From assembly GCA_037439545.1 (NCBI GenBank), contig JBBIVV010000047.1:2713-13373 (forward strand): a stretch of DNA of 10,661 nt, read 5' to 3'. Below, piece by piece: positions 1 through 7,405 of this stretch. Each line of letters begins with the position of its first letter. The stretch's first letter is position 1. Below the pieces are notes generated by a model, which was not told the origin of the DNA, made no database searches, and saw only the letters and a list, made by a program, of their open reading frames with translations. Made by a program: the position numbers and the translations under genes. The stretch comes from a bacterium. GTDB lineage: Bacteria; JAMCPX01.

Positions 1-147
1 ACTGCAACAGGCAGCACATCGTCCGGTTGTTCGTGCGAACAGTCAGGCGGAGATTCCGGAACAGGGGACCTGCTGGCAGTAATCCTGCTGCTCACGGTAT
101 GGTTTGCAGCGCTGAGGCGGGTAAACCGGAAAAATCAACGTCAGTAA
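1..147 (+). CDS. 3' end of a surface/exported protein with a Cys-containing C-terminal sorting signal (MYXO-CTERM-like); 5'-truncated by the window
   Basis: Frame 1 is open from base 1 to TAA at 145-147: TATGSTSSGCSCEQSGGDSGTGDLLAVILLLTVWFAALRRVNRKNQRQ*. It shows a S/T/G linker, a GCSC motif, a short spacer, one hydrophobic helix and a basic tail, which is the tripartite layout of MYXO-CTERM-class signals. Confidence 0.8.
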   Translation, partial: TATGSTSSGCSCEQSGGDSGTGDLLAVILLLTVWFAALRRVNRKNQRQ

Positions 148-164
148 CCGCCCCAAGGTGCACA

Positions 165-192
165 TTGACAAAAAATTGCACTATAGTAGGAT
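165..192 (+). promoter_or_regulatory. Putative sigma70 promoter for the TPR gene
   Basis: Perfect TTGACA (165-170), 16-bp spacer, TAGGAT (187-192). It is followed by SD GGAGG (203-207) and ATG at 215. Confidence 0.55.
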
Positions 193-214
193 TCGCTTTT
201 ATGGAGGGAATAAA

Positions 215-1111
215 ATGTGGGTTGGAAATATAAAGAATAACTCTATTTCAAGTTCCTCAATAAAGATGGCACTGTATGTAATGGCTGTTGTACTATTGCT
301 GCTGTCCTCAGCGGTAACCAAAGCAGACGATTTATTCTGCATCGGACCGGTTACTCAATCCTCCCCGGAAATGAATGAGATGCCGAAGCTCGAGTTATTG
401 AAAAATGCATACAAACTTACCCTTATGCAGACCGATACGATAGCAAATATCCAGCACGGTATTCAGATATGCAAGGACTATATAAAAAGCCATCCCGGTG
501 ATAATGACATTGTAAGCAAGATATCGGCTTATATCATAATGTCTGAAGCGTATTTCCAGCTCGGTGATTATCAAGACACTGATGCAGAAAAATTGAAAAG
601 CTATACCCAGGGTGTAGATGCTTCTCAAAAAGTAATAGATATTATACCTGACAGATGGGACGGTTGGGCATGGTGGGCCATTAATACAGGCAGGATCAGC
701 GAGGTGAAAGGGGTTTTGAAATCATTATTTCTTTTGGAGCCCTTCAAAAAGCATATATTTAAAGCAGAGTCACTTGCACCCAATAGCCCGTTCATACTGG
801 ACACTATAGGTATTATGTACCGGCAGATTCCGTGGATAGCAGGAGGGGATAACAAGAAATCGGAAGAATTTCTCAGGAAGGCACTATCGATAGACCCGCA
901 TTTTACTCTTGCACGATTGGATTTAGCCATTACACTGCTCGAAGAAGGGAAAAAAACAGAATCAGAAAAAGAGCTTAACGCAGTTATACACGATAACAAC
1001 TCTACGTGGATGGCGCATTATCTTCTATGGGAGAAGCCAAAAGCAGAAGCACTTCTAAAGAATATGGACAATTACAAGCCGCTGCTGGATAAGTGGCATT
1101 TGCTGTTTTGA
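215..1111 (+). CDS. Secreted tetratricopeptide-repeat protein (TatT/RMDN-like helical repeat protein), 298 aa
   Basis: Start re-assigned from 158 to ATG 215, which has a GGAGG SD (the 158 start overlaps the promoter; ATG 266 is also possible). Hydrophobic signal segment ALYVMAVVLLLLSSAVTKA. TPR-type helices (KALSIDPHFTLARLDLAITLLEEGK). The segments WWAINTGRISEVKGVLKSL and GIMYRQIPWIAGGDNKKSEE resemble TatT/RMDN-like proteins. Confidence 0.75.
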   Translation: MWVGNIKNNSISSSSIKMALYVMAVVLLLLSSAVTKADDLFCIGPVTQSSPEMNEMPKLELLKNAYKLTLMQTDTIANIQHGIQICKDYIKSHPGDNDIVSKISAYIIMSEAYFQLGDYQDTDAEKLKSYTQGVDASQKVIDIIPDRWDGWAWWAINTGRISEVKGVLKSLFLLEPFKKHIFKAESLAPNSPFILDTIGIMYRQIPWIAGGDNKKSEEFLRKALSIDPHFTLARLDLAITLLEEGKKTESEKELNAVIHDNNSTWMAHYLLWEKPKAEALLKNMDNYKPLLDKWHLLF

Positions 1112-1117
1112 GGGAAG

Positions 1118-1169
1118 TCCCGGGCAGAAAGGACGTGAGTGTGCGCGGAGGCTCTGTTTTCTGACGGGA
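1118..1169 (+). other. Intergenic imperfect stem-loop
   Basis: Nested pairings TCCCG(1118-1122)/CGGGA(1165-1169), CAGAAA(1125-1130)/TTTCTG(1158-1163) and GAGT/GCTC. No U-tract follows on +. Confidence 0.35.
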
Positions 1170-1195
1170 GAGAAAAAAATAAAGGGAGGTCAGAT

Positions 1196-1789
1196 ATGGT
1201 TCAAGTGGATGTATTCTGGTCGTATGCTCTCGGAGCTGGCTTTGCTGCTTCAGCTTCAAGACAATTGAAAAAGGAATATGATGCTTCAAAAGGGAAAAGT
1301 TCCATCCAGAGCAAATATTTTACTTATACCGTGCTTTTCCTTGCCTGTTTGTTCGCACCATCAGGGATTTATTTACTCTGGGATTTTCCACAGTGGGAAA
1401 CAATGCAGGTTGCGGCATCGCATGCGGGTATCCCTGCATGGCTTGTGACTGTTTTTGCCGTTACAAATGTTACCCAGGGGGTCCTCGGTTACTGGGTTGC
1501 CTATAAGTTCATTCAAAAAGGTAAGTTCAATACAGCGTGGCTGCAGGTGTTCATCGGATATTTCTTTATGTTTTTTATTCTAATTTATGGATGGGATGGA
1601 ACGGGTTGGCAAAGGTTTCTGTATGATGCTTCGATGCACAACGGTAAAGTGTGGTCCCGCGGCGTGTATGATGGTATTGCTTTTCTGAGCAGTAATGTTG
1701 CGTATACGCTGTACGGAATGGGTATTATCATAGCTCCCTTTTTGATGATCCCAATGGTAAAGTGGATAAAAGAAGGCGCACAAAACTAA
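1196..1789 (+). CDS. Uncharacterised integral membrane protein (~5 TM), 197 aa
   Basis: Strong SD GGGAGG (1184-1189) lies 6 nt before ATG 1196 (MVQVDVFWSY...). About five hydrophobic segments with embedded or adjacent polar motifs (QVD, PQWETM, TNVTQG, GWDGTGWQRF). Confidence 0.8.
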   Translation: MVQVDVFWSYALGAGFAASASRQLKKEYDASKGKSSIQSKYFTYTVLFLACLFAPSGIYLLWDFPQWETMQVAASHAGIPAWLVTVFAVTNVTQGVLGYWVAYKFIQKGKFNTAWLQVFIGYFFMFFILIYGWDGTGWQRFLYDASMHNGKVWSRGVYDGIAFLSSNVAYTLYGMGIIIAPFLMIPMVKWIKEGAQN

Positions 1790-1812
1790 GCTGTATACAT
1801 CTAAAAATGCCG

Positions 1813-2829
1813 TCAGATCTTACCGTGAATCGGTGAAGTCAGCTTCTCGAATTTCTCGATGGCGTCCGATCTTCCGACAGCAATGAGAATGTCCCTTTTG
1901 TTCAGTACAAACTGCGGATTCGGATTGTACACGAACACTCCATCCGGTTTTCTGACCGCAACAATCGTAATATCGTGCAGTTGTCTAATCTTTGATTGTT
2001 CAACCGACTTACCATCGAGTTCCGAGCCTTCCTGTATGGTCAATTCCTCTATTTTGAGATCGAAATTGGTTTCTGCCGTTGCAAGTTCCATGAAGTCGAT
2101 CACGTTTGGTTTCATAATACTCTGGGCTATCTTTTCACCGCCTATGATGTAGGGTGAAATAACCCTGTTTGCTCCTGCTTTATACAACTTCGATATGGAC
2201 GTCGATTCTCCAGCCCTGGAAATTATAAAGATAGAGGGGTTCATGTCCCTCGCGGTAAGGATGGTGTATACGTTGTCTGAATCGTTCGCCATGGCAGCAA
2301 TGAGCCCTTTTGCCTTCAGTATGCCAGCCCTCTTTAAAAGTTCTTCATCGGTCCCGTCACCCTGGAGGAACAAATAATCGTTTTTTTCTATCAGTGATAA
2401 AATTTGCGGATCTTTATCTATTGCAATAAAAGGAATGTTGCTCGATTTCAATTTTTGCGCAACGATGGCGCCAATTCTGCCGAGACCGCAGAGTATATAA
2501 TGATCTTTTAGATTTTCGATCGCTTTTGTCACCTTAAACCTCCCTATTGACCTTTTTAGTTCCCCCTCTATCACGGCTTTGAATAACCCTCCTGCGCTGT
2601 AGGTAACGAAGCCTATGCCGATGGTTATCATGAAGACGGCAAACAACTCACCATTTTGATCCAGGCCCTTTGCTCCACCGCTGTATCCGACTGTACTGAG
2701 GATCACGATCGTGGTGTAAAGAGATTCTACGAAGCTGAACTTCTCGATGTACATGAAGCCTGCGGTACCGACGGTAAGAATACTTATCAGGATAATGATG
2801 TAACGGTAGATATTCTGGTAGGACTTCAT
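1813..2829 (-). CDS. Potassium channel family protein (2-TM pore + TrkA-N/TrkA-C RCK domains; MthK/Kch-like), 338 aa
   Basis: TM1, pore helix SLYTTIVILS, filter TVGYS and TM2 are followed by a Rossmann motif DHYILCGLGRIG, then QGDGT, DSDNVYTILTAR, AGANRVISPY and a TrkA-C region (IVAVRKPDG...NPNPQFVL..RDILIAVG). Confidence 0.92.
   Translation of the reverse strand: MKSYQNIYRYIIILISILTVGTAGFMYIEKFSFVESLYTTIVILSTVGYSGGAKGLDQNGELFAVFMITIGIGFVTYSAGGLFKAVIEGELKRSIGRFKVTKAIENLKDHYILCGLGRIGAIVAQKLKSSNIPFIAIDKDPQILSLIEKNDYLFLQGDGTDEELLKRAGILKAKGLIAAMANDSDNVYTILTARDMNPSIFIISRAGESTSISKLYKAGANRVISPYIIGGEKIAQSIMKPNVIDFMELATAETNFDLKIEELTIQEGSELDGKSVEQSKIRQLHDITIVAVRKPDGVFVYNPNPQFVLNKRDILIAVGRSDAIEKFEKLTSPIHGKI
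2530..2544 (-). promoter_or_regulatory. Putative internal ribosome-binding site + GTG start producing a soluble RCK protein (2532->1813, 239 aa)
   Basis: The minus strand reads GGGAGG-TTTAAG-GTG. The GTG is codon Val100, in frame, in the linker between TM2 and the RCK domain, comparable to the internal Met start of MthK. Confidence 0.6.
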
Positions 2830-3749
2830 ACCGTATAGTAGGAAAGCCAGCCTTTGTGTTTTTTGTCTTTTCCTTTTACGATATCAAAAAACTTTTTCTG
2901 TATAAGCTTTGTAACAGGCTCGGGTTTACCGCTGCCTATCTTTCTGTTATCCACTTCTCTTATGGGCGTGATCTCTGCCGCTGTCCCGGAAAGGAACGCT
3001 CCGTCCGCAAGATAGAGCTCGTCCCGGGTAAATCTTATCTCTTCGACGGGAATGCCTGCTTCCTTTGCAAGCTGGATAATTGATTCTCTTGTTATACCGG
3101 GCAGGATGGACGTCAAGGGAGGAGTTTTCAATACGCCTTTTTTTACTATAAATACGTTTTCGCCGCTCCCTTCTGCAACGTAGCCATCCTCGTCGAGCAG
3201 TATAGTTTCGTCATAACCTGCCAGTTTCGATTCCTTTTTTGCAAGGATGGAGTTGACATAATGACCGCCGATCTTCGCTTTACTCATTGCCGCATTGACG
3301 TTGTATCGTACGTAAGATGATATCTTTATTCTTATGCCGTTTTTCAAACCTTCTTCGCCGAGGTATGCGCCCCATGGCCAGGCCGCTATTGCTATGTGGA
3401 CGGGGTTCGTTTCCACATAAAGTCCCATATCGCCGTAACCTATAAAAGATATGGGCCTTATATATCCTGCCTTTAATCTGTTCTTTTGCAGCGTATGGAT
3501 AATTGCATTTTTTATCTCTTCCTTCGTGTAAGGATACTCCATGAGCATGATGTGCGCGGAATCAAAAAATCTGTCCACGTGCTTATCGAGCCTGAATACA
3601 GCCGGTTTACCGCTGTCGGTCGTATAGGCGCGTATGCCTTCGAATGGAGCAACTCCATAGTGTAATGAATGGGTCAGGACATGTATCTTCGCATCATCCC
3701 ATTTTATGAGTTTACCGTCCATCCATATAAATTCTGTTTCCTGAATCAT
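2826..3749 (-). CDS. ilvE: Branched-chain amino acid aminotransferase (fold type IV PLP enzyme), 307 aa
   Basis: Motifs LHYGVAPFEGIRAY, FRLDKHVDRFFDSA, YIRP, catalytic Lys in AKIGGHYVNS, EGSGENVF, ILPGITR, GTAAEITPI. SD GGAGG upstream. ATGA overlap (2826-2829) with the channel start. Confidence 0.96.
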   Translation of the reverse strand: MIQETEFIWMDGKLIKWDDAKIHVLTHSLHYGVAPFEGIRAYTTDSGKPAVFRLDKHVDRFFDSAHIMLMEYPYTKEEIKNAIIHTLQKNRLKAGYIRPISFIGYGDMGLYVETNPVHIAIAAWPWGAYLGEEGLKNGIRIKISSYVRYNVNAAMSKAKIGGHYVNSILAKKESKLAGYDETILLDEDGYVAEGSGENVFIVKKGVLKTPPLTSILPGITRESIIQLAKEAGIPVEEIRFTRDELYLADGAFLSGTAAEITPIREVDNRKIGSGKPEPVTKLIQKKFFDIVKGKDKKHKGWLSYYTV

Positions 3750-3764
3750 TCTGCCATGCCTCCA

Positions 3765-5264
3765 TTATTTGAAAAATTTCTTAAATACTCCCTTTTGGCC
3801 TTTCTGTGAGAGTTCGTAAGCCCTTATTTCCCTGAGGGCATCGATGTTCTGCTTATTTTTGGCATATGCAGTCTTAAATGCCTCTAACGCCTTTTGTTCA
3901 TCGCCTTTTACCTTGAGTATTCTGCCGAGAAAATAGTATCCCGTATCCTGTTCCTTGTTTAACTGCAGTCCCCTCTGGATATATTCTATTGCTTTTGACT
4001 TTGCATTATCGGAGTCCGGCTCGAGTTTAAAAATAAGCCAACCGAAATAGGAGAGATATTCCCCCTCGGTCGGATTCAATTCGATCGCCCATTTAAAGTT
4101 TTCATAAGCCTCTTTAAGGTTATTGGTTTTAAGAAATATCATTCCTTTCTGGAACTGGAGTTCTGCCTTTACGATGCTGTTAGCCTCGTTGTCTTCCATC
4201 TGCTTCTTACCGGTTTTGAGGTATTCGTTATATTTGTTACGCTCTTCGTCGTTGGACAGTGTTTCATAAGCCGTGGTGATGAGCGTGAAGACATCCGAAG
4301 CTGTTTCTTTCACCTCGGAAGGATAATCGAAATAATGGTCCGGATGGTACTGTTTTGCAAATATGAAATACGATTTCTTTATGAGTGCCTTATCGGCATT
4401 TTGCTTCACATTAAGGATTTCATAATAATTTTTATCTTTTAATTCGTCATGCTTGTCTTTAAATTCTTCCAATAGTTTTTGGTGTTCTTCCGATAGCTTC
4501 GGACGTTCTTCCGCTGCGTGCGTTTTTATTTTTTTAGGTTCTTCCTTCTGGGACTCTTTGAATGCGGCCAATTCCATACCGAGAAACAAAAACACGAGGC
4601 TCATGGCTTCAGCAGTGTCCATCTTTATGTCCGATAAGGATTCTTTGAGGGTCTTGTTGGATATTATTTTGGTAAGAAGATTTAATTCTTCCTGCGACAG
4701 GTTTATCTGTGACGGATCGTACTGCGTGGCCCCTTTTAAGCACGCCTTATCCATACACTTATTCAAGTATTCCGATACGACATTCTTCGGCAGGTGCATT
4801 TTTATACCTTCCATGACAAGGCTCAGTATGGGAAGCGAAAACTGGGATACCACATTATCGGGTATGACCGTTTCCCTGAAATGAAAACTTCCGTCCGACA
4901 TACCGAACGTGTAAACAAATCTCATGCGGAGCTGGAGTTTCAATGCGTCTGTTATGTTTATCGGCAGGAGCCCGCGTTCCTGCAATACCATTCCATGTTT
5001 TTTCTTGTTGTTCAGGACCTCTTTTAACGACTCTTCATAGTCGGGTTGACTGATCAGACCGTTTTCGAACAGTACCCTGCCGAAAGTCTCCTTCAATATG
5101 TTAGATCTCCCGCCCACGAGCAACCCGTTTTTGAAGTACAACTCTTTTTTAAACTTACCCAACTCAATCCTCATAGTGCCTTCCAGTCTTCTGGTTGCAA
5201 TATTATTGAAAACTGTAATCAACTGAGGATTACCTACATATCCTGAACTGCTAAAAGGTGCCAT
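3765..5264 (-). CDS. DUF4388-like + DnaJ (J-domain) + TPR protein, 499 aa
   Basis: N-terminal DUF4388-like region (EGTMRI...KELYFKNG...DGSFHF). J-domain NYYEILNV...KKSYFIFAKQYHPD...AYETLSNDEERNKYN with an intact HPD (4338-4346). C-terminal TPRs (AYENFKWAIELNP, YYFLGRILKVKGDEQKALEAFKTA). Confidence 0.85.
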   Translation of the reverse strand: MAPFSSSGYVGNPQLITVFNNIATRRLEGTMRIELGKFKKELYFKNGLLVGGRSNILKETFGRVLFENGLISQPDYEESLKEVLNNKKKHGMVLQERGLLPINITDALKLQLRMRFVYTFGMSDGSFHFRETVIPDNVVSQFSLPILSLVMEGIKMHLPKNVVSEYLNKCMDKACLKGATQYDPSQINLSQEELNLLTKIISNKTLKESLSDIKMDTAEAMSLVFLFLGMELAAFKESQKEEPKKIKTHAAEERPKLSEEHQKLLEEFKDKHDELKDKNYYEILNVKQNADKALIKKSYFIFAKQYHPDHYFDYPSEVKETASDVFTLITTAYETLSNDEERNKYNEYLKTGKKQMEDNEANSIVKAELQFQKGMIFLKTNNLKEAYENFKWAIELNPTEGEYLSYFGWLIFKLEPDSDNAKSKAIEYIQRGLQLNKEQDTGYYFLGRILKVKGDEQKALEAFKTAYAKNKQNIDALREIRAYELSQKGQKGVFKKFFK

Positions 5265-5333
5265 ATATGCTCATTAGACCAAATCAATACAATATTCAAT
5301 AAAATATTGCAACATGGGCGAATATTTGAGTAA
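5265..5333. promoter_or_regulatory. AT-rich divergent promoter region with an inverted repeat
   Basis: 69 bp between divergent starts. Contains CAATATT(5290-5296)-N6-AATATTG(5303-5309), a palindromic TTGCAA (5307-5312) and a third AATATT at 5321-5326. Confidence 0.5.
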
Positions 5334-6491
5334 ATGGACAGCATGTTCAAAAACATTGCTCAAAAAACTATTATTTATGTGTGCATATCGGCTGTGGTCA
5401 TGCTCGGTCTGTCAAACAGTACTGCCGGCAATGCGATACCGCGGATAAGGATTAAGATATTCAATGATGCTGCAACACTGGATGTGGAAGGCAGGGGCAT
5501 ACAGCTCATAGATACCTATAAAAACAAGTACCTGTTCAGGAATTCCGGAGTTTCTGATATCGTCATGTCTGCCGGTCATAACGGCATAGTGATAAACCAA
5601 AAACTATATTCCGCACGCATCGTGACGCTTTTATTCTCTGATGATGTGGTAAAGATAAACGACAGACTGCTGAGGGGGCATCTTGAGATAGCAAATATCG
5701 ATAACCGCCGTCTCGTGGTGATCAATGAGGTGAATCTTGAGTCTTATGTCGCAGGGCTGGTAAATGCAGAGATGCCGCATGACTGGCCTGTCGAAGCACT
5801 CGAGGCACAGGCTGTCGTGGCAAGGACGTATGCCCTCTGGCAGAAGGAGCGGCATCTTAACCAATACTACGACATGGATTCAGGGTTTATGGATCAGGTT
5901 TATAAAGGGGCAGGAGCTGAGGATAGTAAAGGCTGGAGGGCTGTCCATGCAACACAGGGACAGATCATAACGTTTGACAACAAGCCTATTCTCGCCATGT
6001 ATCATTCTATGTGCGGAGGTGAAACAGAAAACTCAGAGGATGCAATCGGGTATAAATATCCTTATCTCCGTGCCGTCAGGTGTAATTTCTGCAGGATAGC
6101 TCCCGGGTTTAAATGGCACTACTCTCTATCCATGAAGGAATTGAGGGACCGGCTGATTGTAAAGGGTTATACCTTATCCAATGTCTACGGATTTGAAATC
6201 TTAAAGAGGAGCAGGACGCGAAGAGTTATGATAGCACGGGTCATAACGGATCACGGCAACATCGATCTTGACGGCGTAGCGCTGAGGGCAGCGATAGGAT
6301 ATGATAAATTGAAGAGCACGCTGTTCCGGTTCAACATAAAAAACGGGGTTCTCATATTCAACGGCAGAGGTTTCGGCCATGGTGTAGGCATGTGCCAGTG
6401 GGGGGCTTATGGTATGGCAAAGAAAGGATATAACTATTCGCAGATTATCCATTATTATTATAAAGGCGTAAAGATCGTCAGGATGTATTGA
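5334..6491 (+). CDS. SpoIID/LytB domain protein (peptidoglycan lytic transglycosylase family), exported
   Basis: Signal/TM segment, then VINEVNLESYVAGLVNAEMPHDWPVEALEAQAVVARTYA (catalytic Glu of EMP), QVYKG, YHSMCGGETE, LKSTLF, GRGFGHGVGMCQWGAYGMAKKG and IIHYYY. The start could be 5343. Confidence 0.93.
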   Translation: MDSMFKNIAQKTIIYVCISAVVMLGLSNSTAGNAIPRIRIKIFNDAATLDVEGRGIQLIDTYKNKYLFRNSGVSDIVMSAGHNGIVINQKLYSARIVTLLFSDDVVKINDRLLRGHLEIANIDNRRLVVINEVNLESYVAGLVNAEMPHDWPVEALEAQAVVARTYALWQKERHLNQYYDMDSGFMDQVYKGAGAEDSKGWRAVHATQGQIITFDNKPILAMYHSMCGGETENSEDAIGYKYPYLRAVRCNFCRIAPGFKWHYSLSMKELRDRLIVKGYTLSNVYGFEILKRSRTRRVMIARVITDHGNIDLDGVALRAAIGYDKLKSTLFRFNIKNGVLIFNGRGFGHGVGMCQWGAYGMAKKGYNYSQIIHYYYKGVKIVRMY

Positions 6492-6564
6492 AAGTGGATA
6501 AGCCATGATCGGCATAGAATGGTTTTCCCCATCGGACGAATAACATCAGGCAGGGAAAGAATAA

Positions 6565-7404
6565 ATGGCAGAAAAGAATTTAGCACGGATAAATTTACTG
6601 GACAGGTTGAAATCCTTTATTAAAAAGGATAAGGCGAGGACTATCGGTGTTGCGTTTGGCGGCGGTGTAATATGGGGTACCGCACATATCGGCGTCCTTG
6701 AAGCATTTGAAGAGGAAGGCATTAAAATAAATGCATTAGCAGGGACATCGGCGGGCAGTATTATTGCCGCCCTGTATGCTTTCGGCATTGATTTAAAGAA
6801 AATAAAATCTTCGGCAGAAAACCTGCACAGGTCGGACATATTCAAATTAAAATTACCACGAATGGGACTGGCGTCTACCGAGGGTATCGGGAAGCTTATT
6901 AAAGGGTTCATAGGGGATGCGAAGATTGAAGATGCAAAGATCCCCCTGGTTATTCCTGCAGTTAATCTCGTCACAGGTAAGCCTTACCCTTTTACCCATG
7001 GTCCTGTCGCAGATGCAGTAATGGCAAGCAGCGCGATACCCGGCATATTCGTGCCGGTCAGAATAGATAATCAAATGTATGTAGACGGTTCCCTGCTTGC
7101 GGATGTCCCCTGTCAGATACTGAAGTTGAACGGAGTTGATTTCGTCATAGGCGTAGAACTCGTCGATCAGGAGACCTTCAAGAAAGAGCCGACAAACATA
7201 TTCGATGTCATAATGAAAAGCATCCGCATTATGGAAAATGAAACACGCATGGAAAGGCTCAGGTTCGCCGATGTGGTGATAAGCCCGGATGTACACGACA
7301 TAGGAGAATTTGATTTTGATAAAATTCCCTTGCTTGTCCGCAGGGGCAGGGAAGCCGTATCGAAGCATATCGAGTTTATAAAAAATAATGTAAAGGATGG
7401 ATAA
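6565..7404 (+). CDS. Patatin-like phospholipase (RssA/NTE-like), 279 aa
   Basis: Gly-rich loop GGGVIWGTAHIGVL, nucleophile elbow GTSAG (6742-6756), ASSAIPGIF, catalytic Asp in VDGS (DGS at 7084-7092). Confidence 0.92.
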   Translation: MAEKNLARINLLDRLKSFIKKDKARTIGVAFGGGVIWGTAHIGVLEAFEEEGIKINALAGTSAGSIIAALYAFGIDLKKIKSSAENLHRSDIFKLKLPRMGLASTEGIGKLIKGFIGDAKIEDAKIPLVIPAVNLVTGKPYPFTHGPVADAVMASSAIPGIFVPVRIDNQMYVDGSLLADVPCQILKLNGVDFVIGVELVDQETFKKEPTNIFDVIMKSIRIMENETRMERLRFADVVISPDVHDIGEFDFDKIPLLVRRGREAVSKHIEFIKNNVKDG

Positions 7405-7405
7405 T

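Noticed and set aside
158..214. N-terminal extension of the TPR ORF from GTG 158
   Set aside because: It spans the TTGACA promoter and the SD. ATG 215 has a proper GGAGG.
27..233. 68-aa ORF in the track
   Set aside because: It overlaps the far more convincing frame-1 CTERM tail and the promoter, and has no recognisable features.
1109..1195. UGA read-through/selenocysteine fusion of the TPR gene and the membrane gene (same frame, stem-loop after TGA)
   Set aside because: Two TGA stops (1109, 1136) would have to be read through, there is no redox-motif context, the downstream gene has its own strong SD, and a shared frame has a 1-in-3 chance.
5334..6491. Sporulation locus implied by SpoIID
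   Set aside because: SpoIID/LytB domains are widespread in non-sporulating diderm bacteria, and no other sporulation genes are present.
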